Source of the DNA: Eledone cirrhosa
Taxonomy: Eukaryota
Assembly: GCA_964016885.1 (NCBI GenBank)
Contig: OZ024741.1
Coordinates: 327,670,001 to 327,734,000, forward strand
Direction of reading: 5' to 3'
Length of the DNA: 64,000 nucleotides
Under the pieces are notes generated by a model, which saw nothing but the letters and a program-made list of their open reading frames with translations, ran no database searches and was not told the DNA's origin. A program made the position numbers and the translations under genes. Positions 53,086 through 64,000 of this stretch are shown here, in pieces. Positions within the stretch are counted from its first letter, which is position 1. Every line of letters starts with the position of its first letter.

Positions 53086-56000
53086 GCACATGGTGGATAT
53101 ATATCGTTATGGAATCGATCCCGTAAGTTTATGATTTTTACTTATGTAAAACAACTGTGATAGAATAATTCTTATTACAAATGAAATATAAGATTACAGT
53201 TTTGACCCTCAGCAGGCGAGAACGCATCACATTACGGCATAGGGCCCCAATATTTAATATTTAATTTTGGATCAGAAATGTTATAGTCGAAAAAGAGAAA
53301 AATGGCTAAGTGGACAGACAGGCAAATCATTTCATCATCAACACCACCACCGCCACCATCACCACTACCACGCCAAAAACTCTAGTCAAGTTACCTCAAC
53401 TTCTATTTCTACTTCAACTTCAACACCATCACAACAGTACTACGATCACATCACCACCACCACTGCCTCATTATCGCTACCGCCGCTATTCTCTCCCACT
53501 CCCTCCTGCTAAGTACTACTAGCACATCACCTATTGCCTCATTATCGCTACCGCTGCTATTCTCTTCCACTACCTCCTAATAAGACAGGCATCATAGTAT
53601 TCCCACTAAATGCGGAAGGCATGAAAAGATATAAATAGACTGATTTGATGACCGGTCAAAACATCAAAAAATCAAAAATCAAAATCAAAACAGCACAGCA
53701 GCAACGAAAAACGTAAAGAAAATAAAATAAAAAAGAAAAGAAAAACAAACAGACAACAAGCAAAAAAACTAAGTCAGACATTCAAACATTACATTACAAT
53801 GAAACTTATGCTTATTTTTTTTTTTTTTTACCTATTTGTTTGTTTATTTATGTTCGTCTAGAGCGTGATAGCACCACGCTAAAATCACCGAGGGTGATCA
53901 AATCACCGGAGGTGATGAAATCACCGGTTGTTATGTAACCATACATTCACGAATCCGCGATAAGAGTGGTTCAATGTCGAACCTAAACAGTTCGAATAAC
54001 AGTGAGGTGGAGACTGGAATGTCATGTGACAGACTCTCACCCAGCAGGTGTTCCCTGGCTCAGCAGCAGGGACCTGGCTGTCAACCAAATACTGCTGGTG
54101 TCGGAGGAAGAAGAAGGAAAGGGTCCAGAACCAACTGGACGAAAGAATTGAATAGAACTGTTATGCAATGTTACCTGAAAAGTAACCCCAAGGAAAAAGG
54201 CTATAGAAAACGGATGCATAACGTGATTGGTCTATTTAAATTAGATGAACAAAAATTGGCCGGGCAGGCTCGGGTAATATGAACTAATGGGTGGATAAGC
54301 GAGCTGGAACTGGAGGAACTGAGCAGAGAGATTAGGTTGGAAATGGAGAGTGGAGTATGCCAGGCAAATGAGCCAGTGGGAAACGAAGGTGAAGAGGTTG
54401 AGAGAACGGAGGAACCATCCGATGCAGACAATGATCTGAATGCTGAAATAAATAATACCTGGAACAAAGATACGGCGATTGAGGAGATGAATGCTGACGG
54501 TCTAGGACAAGAGTTGGTTGATATCCTAAACTTAGTGGTAGATGAAATGAACAATGATAGTGGGAAACATATGAACCTAAGATTTGTAGACAGGAAAAAG
54601 TTAAAAGAAACAACAGCTAAGGTAAACAAAGTCATCCCATACCTTGAGGCGAGGAGCCTTCACCAGTGCAACAATATCCTCAAAGCAACAGCAAATGCGG
54701 TGAGGAAATTACTTGGCATAAAAACGAGAGGAAACAACAAACAAGAAAGATCAGAACCTTGGGGGAAGAAACGACTGAATGGTCAAATCAGGGAAATGAG
54801 AAATGACATTGGAAAGCTTGAGTCCCTACTTGGGACACTAAAAAACATAGACACTAAAAATAGACTGGAAATAAAGTACAAAACTAGGAGGAAAAGGCTA
54901 AATATTATCATAGAGGAACTGAAGCAACGCATTGTAGCAAAGAGTGTAAAAATTAGGCGACACGAGAGCAGAGTCGATCAGTATAGACAGAACCGCATAT
55001 TTGACAACAACCAGAAGATGTTGTTTGGACAGCTTGAAGGGAAAGAAAGAGGCAACGGCTTGATCCCTGAGGCGGAACAAACTAAGACATTCTGGAGAGG
55101 AATATGGGAGCAGGATGTTAAACATAATGACCAGGCAGTGTGGATTGAGACAGTACAAAAGGAGATTAGTGAACAGGCACACCAACAAACTGATTTGAGT
55201 ATTACAGTTGAAACTCTTAAGGGGCAGGCCAAAAAACTAACCAACTGGAGATCACCAGGCCCAGATGGTGTGCAGGGGTATTGGATTAAACATATAACAT
55301 CCCTCCAACCGAAACTGACAACCATGTTCAATGACTACTTGATGTCAGGTGAGGTACCAGAGTGGTTGACAAAAGGTACCACAGTTCTGGTAATGAAAGA
55401 CCGAATCAAGGGTAATGACGTTACCAAATATAGACCTATCACATGTCTGTCCGTAATGTGGAAACTGTTGACAAGCATTGTGTCTGAGGAAATCTACCAT
55501 CACCTCCACACAAACAACCTGTTACCGGACGAACAGAAAGGATGCCGAAAGAAGTCCCGTGGTACAAAGGACCAGTTATTTATTGATAAGATGATAATGA
55601 GGAATTGCAAGAGGAGACACACTGGTCTCGCCATGGGATGGATAGACCACAAAAAGGCATTTGACATGGTGCCTCATTCTTGGATCACCAAAAGCCTATA
55701 GATCTTCAAAGTGGCAGATAACATCAGACAGTTGTTGAGCAAAAGTATGAAATCCTGGAAAACTGAGTTAACATCTGCTGGAGATTCCTTGGGAGGCGTG
55801 AAGATCAAGAGAGGTATCTTCCAGAGAGATAGTCTGTCCCCTCTGTTGTTTGTGCTTGCCCTGCTTCTCCTGACCATTATACTGCGAAAAGTGAGAGCAG
55901 GATACAAGTTGGGAAAGGGAGAGCTTACCATCAATCACCTCCTCTTCATGGATGATCTTAAGCTCATCGGGAAGAGTGAGAAGGAGTTGGATGTGCTTGA

Positions 56001-57444
56001 TGACACTGTCGGTATTTTCAGCAATGATATATGTATGCAATTTGGTATTAGTAAGTTTGGAGTCCTAGTGATAAAGCAGGGTAAATTGAGCAGAAGCAAC
56101 GTAATCCAGGTACCAACAGGTGAGATGATAAAGGAAATTGACACTGAAAAAGGATACAAGTATTTGGGTATTCTGGAGTCTGATGACATCAAGAAAAATA
56201 AAATGAAGGAATTGATAAGATCTGAATACATTCGGAGAATAAGGAGCGTATTATAAATCACATCTGAACAGTAGGAATGCCGTAAGTGCAGTAAATTCCC
56301 GAGTAGTGTCTATTATTAGGTACAGTGCGGGAATTCTGAGATGGAATGTTGCTGAACAAAAAGAAATGGATAGGAAGACTAGGAAGCTATTGACTATCTA
56401 CAACATGTTCCACAAGAGGAGTGATGTCGATAGACTCTACTTAAGGAGATCTGAAGGTGGAAGAGGTTTTATCAGCATAGAGGACTGTGTTCAGATAGAG
56501 AAAAACAACCTACACAAATACGTGACCGATAGTAAGGAGCCAATGCTCAGAATTGTACTGAAGGAGAGGACAATAGATAAGGTGATGTCCAAGGAGGAAA
56601 TAACAACCTTCATGAAAATCCCCTCATAGTACCTTCTTTGAGAAAACGGAATTCAGAGATCCACAGACATGGAACTGGTTGAGAAGAGGAGACCTTAAAA
56701 AGGCTACAGAAGGAATAATAATGGCTGCGCAAGAGCAGGCCCTCAAAACGAAGTGGCTGAAACACCATATTTACAAGGAAGAGGGTAGCCCACTGTGCAG
56801 GATCTGTGGAGAGAGAGAGGAGACTGTGGCACACATTGTATCCGAGTGTAAACTCCTAGCCCAGACTCATTATAAACGCTGGAGACATGATGTGATGGGC
56901 AAGGTGATCCACTGGCAACTATGCAAAGTAAACAATTTACCACATTCTGAGAAGTGGTATGAGCATAAGCCAGAGTCGGTGATGGAAAACGGTTAGGTGA
57001 AGGTGCTATGGGATTTTATGATACAGACGGACAAGAAACTGAAACACAATAGTCCTGACCTGGTGGTTTTGGACAAGGAAAAAAGATCGTGCCTGATTGT
57101 GGATGTGGCCTGCCCATTCGACACGAGAGTGCAAGAGAAGGAGAGGGAGAAAATTAACCGATACCAGGACTTAAAGTGGGAGGTAAAAAGGATTTGGAAC
57201 TGCCATGAAGTCAAAGTGGTCCCGATTGTCATAGGCGCACTAGGTATTATCTCAAAAGGTTTGCAAGGATGGTTAAAGAAAATTGGCCCCGCCCCGCTTT
57301 TTGGAACACTTCAAAAGGCATGCTTGCTGGGAACAGCAAGAACCCTCCGATTCGTCCTGAATATCTGAGCCTGCAGGTAGGGGCTTGATATTCATTTCAA
57401 CAAACTTTCCAGTTAACTAACATCAATGACTCAGACTCAAAGAA
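53085..57444 (+). mobile_element. Full-length R4/Dong family A (5' UTR ~890 bp; ORF 53974-57368 broken by stops/frameshifts)
   Basis: RT motifs, CRIC..H..SEC, RHD, PDLV..DVACP..K; (AAT)n on both sides. Confidence 0.95.
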
Positions 57445-60305
57445 CAATAATAATAATAATAATAACTGACTTAAATCATCTCTATTATGCATCGGCTAAA
57501 GTCACCACTCACTTATGTGGAGTGAAGATGAAAAAACAAAGGAATTCCCACAAGAAATCTACTTGGCAAGATAACATCAATCGCCAAATAAACCTTCTCC
57601 GATCTGACATAGAAATTTTAACAAACTATAAAGTAGGTGAACATGTTAAACAAACTAAACTTAGAAAATTGAAAAAAAAGTACAGTATAAGATCAACATG
57701 TGACATAGACATGCTGATAGAAACAATCAAGCAAAAAGTGTCGGCCAAAGCTGCTCGTATAAGGCGCTTTGAAAAACGATCTAGATTCTATAAGGACAAT
57801 AATATGTTCAAAAACAACCAAAGAAACTTCTACAGAAAAATTGGTAAGTCAACAATAACTGCTAAATCAATACCACCCAAGGAGGAAGTGCAAGAATTCT
57901 GGGAAAAGATCTGGGCCGAAGAAAAAGTTCATAACATACATGCCCCATGGATAGACAGACAAATGAAAGAAACAGATCACCTTGAAGAACAAACATGGGA
58001 AAATATAACAGTTGAACAGCTGCGCTTGGCTCTAAGAAAAACCAGCAAATGGAAATCCCCAGGAAAAGACAAAATACAAAACTTTTGGATAAATGCCTTC
58101 ACAGAGTCTCATGAGCTGTTAGCCCAACTTTACAATGAAATAGTTAAGGAGCCAGAAAAGATACCATCATGGCTAGTTAACGGCATTACATTCCTGCTAC
58201 CGAAGAATGATGAGACAAACAATCCCAAAAATTACAGACCGATAACCTGCTTGACCACAATGTATAAAATTTTAACATCAGTCCTAACTGAATACACATA
58301 TGACCACCTGATAACAAATGACCTATTTCCCATTGAGCAGAAAGGGTGTAAACGAGGCTCATATGGCTGTAAGGATCAGCTTCTGGTTAACAAAATGATA
58401 CTGGAAGATTGTCATAATAGACACAAAAATCTATCGATTGCTTGGATAGATTATAAAAAAGCATTTGATAGTTTGCCACACAGTTGGATTGAAAAATGTT
58501 TAGAGATTTTCAAAATATCCCCCGTTATCAGGAGGTTTTTGTCATTCAGTATGAGGACATGGAGAACGACACTCCTTTTGAATAGTGAAACAAAATCACT
58601 GGAAGCTGGAGAAGTTAACATTAATTGTGGAATTTTTCAGCGTGACTCTTTATCACCGCTTTTATTCTGCATCGCACTTATACCATTAAGTAAAATGCTC
58701 AATGAAACAAAACATGGATATAGAGTATATGACAAAACCATTAATCACCTGTTCTACATGGATGACCTGAAACTATTTGCAAAAAATGATGAACAATTGC
58801 AAGGGCTATTATCCACTGTGAAGCAGTTCAGTGATGACATTAAAATGGAGTTTGGACTGGATAAATGCGCCAAAGCAACGTTCACCAGAGGAAAGCTGCT
58901 GAAGAGTTCAGACATTAATCTTGATCGGGGGAACGTGATAAGAGAGCTTGATCAAGAACAAACTTACAAATATCTAGGTGTTTGTGAAGGAGACGGAATC
59001 AAGCACTCGACAATGAGGGAAAGGATAAGGAAGGAATGTTACCGCAGAGTCAGAGCAATCTTAAGAACGGAATTGAATGCAAGGAATAGGATCGATGCCA
59101 TAAACACGCTTGCCATACCAGTAGTAACCTACAGTTACAATGTCATCAACTGGTCAAGCACAGAGATCCGTAGGCTCGATACAAAAATCCGAAAATTCTT
59201 AACCATGCACAGAATGCATCACCCTAAGGCAGACATAGATAGAATATATCTCCCTAGGAAAGAAGGAGGACGTGGGTTAATCCAGTTAGACATTGCGTTG
59301 AAAACTGCAACAATTGGATTATCCACATATCTAAGGGAATCACATGATTGGATGATCAAACTCGTTTTGAAACACGAAAGCACCAAAAGATCATATTCCA
59401 TTACAAAAGATGCACAAAGATACAGTAATGGACTACAAATTTCAGAAGTCCCATTTACTGCTGAAATGGAAAACACAGAAAAAGCAAAGCAGGTAAAAGT
59501 AACTGCAAAGAAAGAACTGCTACAGAAACTGGCTAAGAAATGGCAAGAAAAGCCTCTGTATGGAAAATACCCAGAGCGAGCTAACAATCCTGATGTTGAC
59601 AAAACTTTAACCCATCAGTGGTTGGCATCCTCTGGACTGAAATCGGAGACTGAAGGACTGATTATATCCGCACAAGATCAGTGTCTGCCAACAAAAAATT
59701 ACCAAGCCAACATAATAAAAAATGGGTGCAGCCCATTATGCCGTGTATGCAAAAAACAACCAGAGACCATTGACCATATAATTTCAATGTGCAGTCCTAT
59801 AGCTCCAACCGAATACCTATACAGGCATGACAGAGCTGCACAATACATACATTGGATAATGTGCAAGCATTTTGACCTGCCCCATCAAAAGAATTGGTGG
59901 GAGCATCAACCACCTCCCATACTTGAAAAAGATCACATCTCAATCTTGTGGAACTTTAGCATCCAAACAGACCGAAAAATAGATGCAAATAGACCTGATA
60001 TAATATTGAAGGACTTTCAAAGGAGGGTATGCCTGCTAATTGATATGTCTGTTCCAATAGACAAGAATGTATCTATAAAAACATTTGAAAAATTGAGCAA
60101 GTATAAGGACCTGGAGATAGAAATTGGAAAAATGTGGAAATTGAGAACTAAAACAATACCAGTGGTTGTAGGCGCTCTGGGAATGATACCTAAGGGGTCT
60201 AACGACTACTTATCGCAAATCCCAGGAAACCCGCGTATAGGAGAAATACAAAAGATAGTACTAATGGGAACTGCCCATATACTAAGGAAGATCCTGTCAA
60301 TATAA
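57426..60305 (+). CDS. Uninterrupted 959-aa RT + CCHC + PD-(D/E)XK restriction-like endonuclease ORF (start borrowed from the upstream element)
   Basis: YRPITCL, DYKKAFD, GIFQRDSLSP, YMDD, CRVC..ETIDH..C, RHD, RPDIILKD..IDMSVP..K..KY. The first 13 residues come from the family A 3' UTR and the AAT run. Confidence 0.85.
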   Translation: MTQTQRTIIIIIITDLNHLYYASAKVTTHLCGVKMKKQRNSHKKSTWQDNINRQINLLRSDIEILTNYKVGEHVKQTKLRKLKKKYSIRSTCDIDMLIETIKQKVSAKAARIRRFEKRSRFYKDNNMFKNNQRNFYRKIGKSTITAKSIPPKEEVQEFWEKIWAEEKVHNIHAPWIDRQMKETDHLEEQTWENITVEQLRLALRKTSKWKSPGKDKIQNFWINAFTESHELLAQLYNEIVKEPEKIPSWLVNGITFLLPKNDETNNPKNYRPITCLTTMYKILTSVLTEYTYDHLITNDLFPIEQKGCKRGSYGCKDQLLVNKMILEDCHNRHKNLSIAWIDYKKAFDSLPHSWIEKCLEIFKISPVIRRFLSFSMRTWRTTLLLNSETKSLEAGEVNINCGIFQRDSLSPLLFCIALIPLSKMLNETKHGYRVYDKTINHLFYMDDLKLFAKNDEQLQGLLSTVKQFSDDIKMEFGLDKCAKATFTRGKLLKSSDINLDRGNVIRELDQEQTYKYLGVCEGDGIKHSTMRERIRKECYRRVRAILRTELNARNRIDAINTLAIPVVTYSYNVINWSSTEIRRLDTKIRKFLTMHRMHHPKADIDRIYLPRKEGGRGLIQLDIALKTATIGLSTYLRESHDWMIKLVLKHESTKRSYSITKDAQRYSNGLQISEVPFTAEMENTEKAKQVKVTAKKELLQKLAKKWQEKPLYGKYPERANNPDVDKTLTHQWLASSGLKSETEGLIISAQDQCLPTKNYQANIIKNGCSPLCRVCKKQPETIDHIISMCSPIAPTEYLYRHDRAAQYIHWIMCKHFDLPHQKNWWEHQPPPILEKDHISILWNFSIQTDRKIDANRPDIILKDFQRRVCLLIDMSVPIDKNVSIKTFEKLSKYKDLEIEIGKMWKLRTKTIPVVVGALGMIPKGSNDYLSQIPGNPRIGEIQKIVLMGTAHILRKILSI

Positions 60306-60443
60306 GTACATCACAAGTCTAAACACTAAGGATGCATGTGTGAATATGTGTTCTTTCTTGAACATGGCGGACCTTGTTGTCTCTTGAGGTCACTGGTTGT
60401 GACTTGGTGATAACTCGTATAAACATAAAGCAAGATAAATGCA
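57466..60443 (+). mobile_element. R4/Dong family B, 5'-truncated, between (AAT)n runs
   Basis: Same domain order as family A but divergent sequence; 3' end ..gataaatgcaaataataat. Confidence 0.95.
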
Positions 60444-60468
60444 AATAATAATAATAATAATAATAATG

Positions 60469-61987
60469 ATTTCTTTATTAACACCAAAGGTTTACATAAA
60501 GTAGACATTAAGGACAGTGCAGGACAATGCAGGAGGGTACAAATGGGCATTTCTGCGTGTAAAAAACAAAAACAGAGGATGTAACAAAAATAACAATGAA
60601 AATAACAATGAAAAATTCCCCAATAGGGGGGAGACTTCGGAGGGACATTTGTGGAGAAAGCCCAGTAAAAAGCCACAATGCCCCTGACCACCAAGGCAAG
60701 TGCCCTCTCCCAGTTTTCCACCTTTAATTTACAGATATATACTCAGAGTAGACCCATTCACTCGGGCCATTCTTGCTTCTCTCACCCATCTTTCAACAAA
60801 ATGCTGGGAAGAGAGCACTTCCCTCTCTACTCTGATTTTCCTTTTCAAATGAAATTTGAAAAAGTCAATCAGAGCATCACCGAAGAGGTAAGTGCTCGTC
60901 TTCAGCCCTTTCAAACGTGGCAACCATACTATCTCTTTCGCCATGGCCACCAGACAGATAAAAACTGCCTGCCCTTCCCGGCTAAAGGAGGAGGGCGGGG
61001 CAATCCTCACGATGGACTCAGATGATAGCCGGATCCGTCCTAAACGCGACAGCAGGTGTTCGACATAAACCCACAAGTCAGCAATTTTCGGACACTGGAC
61101 GAGTGCGTGCAGGACGGTTTCGTCGCCCTGCGCGCATCTCGGACATGCCCGGCTTATGGCACCTCCATGCCTGTAGAGTTTATCCCGAACTGGCAAGGCT
61201 CCTCGGTAGCACTGCCAGGCCAGAGATTTCTGGAAGTTGTCCATAGGCCCTGGCCCGAAAGTTCTTCCGAAGAGATTGGCTAGTTGATTTTCGTCGACGC
61301 CTAGAGTTTCCCCAAGTACGTCGTCGCTCTTCCCCTCCACTAATCCTCTATAGAACGCCGAGGTGGAGTTTCCACCGATCACATTGCCCGATTGGTCGAG
61401 GGCTGTGAGCGCCTGAAGACATTCCAGTCTCCAGGCGCTCCCTCTCGGTCTTCGCTTGACCCAGGACTGCAGCTCCGTCAAGGAAACGAGCTGGGGAAAC
61501 ACGCGCCTAGCAAACGGCGACCACACCTGATCACCGTCGAGGAAGAGGTGGAGATGTCGTAGCCTGAGCGCGTGCCTGCGCATCATCAGCCACGGCATGC
61601 CCAGCCCTCCACGTAGCGGGTGTTGACAACAGATGGACCGCCTGACCATCGGAGCGCGTCCCTTCCACAAAAAGCGAAAGAGCAAACGCTCCAGCGCAGT
61701 CAGGCGAGGCTTAGGACAAGGTACGACGGTCAGGCGGTAGCAGATGACGGACGCGATGTACGCGTTAGCCACCTCCGCTCGACCTTTCAGGGATAGCTTC
61801 CTCTCCGCCCATTTCTGGGTGAGAGAAGCCACCCTGCTCGTCACCTCGTCCCAGTTTTTGTCCGTCTGGAGGTCCGGACCGAACCAGACCCCTAGCAATT
61901 TAACCGGTCCGTCCGTCCAGCGTCCGACGACGCTGTTGGACGGCATGGACCTGCCTCTCCAGGTACCGAGCTGCAGGCCCACTGACT
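60469..61987 (-). mobile_element. Tx1/L1 family 2, 5'-truncated 3' part of ORF2
   Basis: ORF 60729-61982 (KLLGVWFG, GGLGMP, CPRC..ETVLH..C); AATAAA then (ATT)n. Confidence 0.92.
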
Positions 61988-62009
61988 AATAACAATTATA
62001 ACATAAATA

Positions 62010-64000
62010 ATGTTTTCTCTATTAACCACAAGGGTTTACATAAATTAGACATTAAGGACAGTACAGGACAATACAGGACGGTACAAATGGGCATGTCTGC
62101 GAGTAAAAAAAACAGAGGATGTAATAAAATAACAAAGAAAAAATTCCCCAATAGGGGGGGAGACTTCCGAGGGACATTTGTGGAGAAAGCCCATTAAAAG
62201 ACCACAGTGACCCTGACCACCAGGGCAAGTGCCCTCTCCCAGTTTTCCACCTTTAATTTACAGACACATACTCAGAGAAGGCCCATTCACTCGGGTCATT
62301 CTTGCTTCTCTCACCCATCTTTCAACAAAATGCTGCGAAGGGAGCACTTCCCTCTCTACCCTGATTTTCCTTTTCAAATGAAATTTGAAAAAGTTAATCA
62401 GGGCATCACCGAAGAGGTAAGTGCTCGTCTTCAGCCCTTTCAAACGTGTCCACCATACTATCTCTTTCGCCATGGCCACCAGACAGATAACAACTGCCTG
62501 TCCTTCCGAGCTAAAGGAAGAGGGTGGGGCAATCCTCACGATGGACTCAGCTGATAGCTGGATCCGTCCTACACGCGACAGCAGGTGTTCGACATAAACC
62601 CACAAGTCAGCAATGCTCGGACACTGGACGAGTGTGTGCAGGACGGTTTCGTCGCCCTGTGCGCATCTCGGACATGCCCGCTGACGGCACCTCCATGCCT
62701 GTAGGGTTTATCCCGAACTGGCAAAGCTCCCCGGTAGCACTGCCAGGCCAGGGATTTCTGGAAGTTGTCCATAGGCCCCGGCCCGAAAGTCCTTCCGAAG
62801 AGATTGGCTAGTTGATTTTCGTCGACGCCTAGAGTTTCTCCAAGTACGTCGTCGCTCTTACTCTCCACTAAGCCCCTTTAGAACGCCATCGTGGAGTTTC
62901 CACCGATCACATTGCCCGATTGGTCGAGGGCTGTGAGCGCCTGAAGACATTCCAGTCTCCAAGCGCTCCCTCTCGGTCTTCGCTTGACCCAGGACTGCAG
63001 CTCTGTCAAGAAGACGAGCTGGGGAAAAACGTGTCTAGCAAACGGCGACCACACCTGATCACCGTCGAGGAAGAGGTAGAGATGTCGTAGCCTGAGCGCG
63101 TGTCTGCGCATCATCAGCCACGGCATGCCCAGCCCTCCACGTAGCGGGTGTTGACAGCAGATGGACCGCCTGACCATCGGAGCGCGTCCCTTCCACGAGA
63201 AGCGAAAGAGCAAACGCTCCAGCGCAGTCAGGAGGGGCTTAGGACAAGGTACGACGGTCAGGCGGTAGTAGATGACGGACGCGATGTACGCATTAGCCAC
63301 CTCCGCCCGACCTTTCAGGGATAGCTTCCTCTCGGCCCATTTCTGGGTGAGAGAAGCCACCCTGCTCGTCACCTCGTCCCAGTTTTTGTCCGTCTGGAGG
63401 TCTGGACCGAACCAGACCCCTAGCAATTTAACCGGTCCGTCCGTCCAGCGCCCGACTACGCTGTTGGACGGCATGGACCTGCCTCTCCAGGTGCCGAGCT
63501 GCAGGCCCACTGACTTTTCCTGGTCGATCATTGCTCCTGGACCGAGCGCATGATGTTGAACGGTTCCGAAAGGTGACCGTTCACTCTCACTACAGAGCAG
63601 ATGTCGCTGTGCATGTCAGCGATCCAGCCTCTGAAGAAGGGCCCAAATCCAGCCGCCCTCAGGACTGCCGCTAGGTAACGATGGTCGACCCTATCGAAGG
63701 CTTTCGACTGATCTAAATTGATCAAAGACCCACCTGTGCCAGGTTCCCTAGCTACCCTTTCTACGATGTATCGCATGAGGTGGAGGTTGTCGTGGATGGA
63801 TCTGTCGGGAATGACGCATGTCTGTGCCTCTCCCACCAGACCACCAACGACAAGCGCCAACCTCTTTGCTAGCACCTTCGCCAAAATCTTGAACTCTGTG
63901 TTTAGCAGAGTTATGGGACTAAAATTATCTATGTTATCCCCCTTGTTCGGATCCTTTCTCAGCAGCGCCACCGCTCCTCGGCTCACAGAGCTGGGAATTC
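62010..64000 (-). mobile_element. Tx1/L1 family 2, second tandem copy, with an internal deletion of the GCPLS-YADD region; continues off the window
   Basis: ORFs 63528-63986 and 62878-63531 join RSV|..MIDQEKSVG; near-identical to 60469-61987. Confidence 0.92.

Noticed and set aside
53085-53300. HDV-like ribozyme at LINE 5' ends
   Set aside because: Could not build the nested double pseudoknot by eye here or in the Tx1 UTRs.
55810-58650. QRD instead of QGD in two R4/Dong copies as a family trait
   Set aside because: Different codons (aga, cgt), and the 50623 copy has QGD; most simply independent decay.

Overview
Eukaryotic, gene-free, retroelement-saturated 64 kb. The tRNA-derived SINEs resemble octopod cephalopod SINEs as I recall them (inference, no search run). 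No host gene is supported, and all YIYIY/IYLS ORFs are microsatellite artefacts. Retroelements sort by microsatellite. (TA)n arrays border fragments of several Penelope-like (PLE, GIY-YIG) families in tandem/inverted arrangements, (AAT)n runs host R4/Dong-type RLE LINEs and one Tx1/L1 family, and (GATA)n hosts another Tx1/L1 family. The main hidden signal is RNA-level: about 24 type I hammerhead ribozyme (HHR) motifs from roughly 10 families, read by eye on both strands. They include a non-coding, tandemly repeated ~429-nt HHR unit (retrozyme-like, 5 HHRs at 3 loci, with stem covariation), a second ~319-nt family, and unusual core variants (U3-A8, CCGAAGA).
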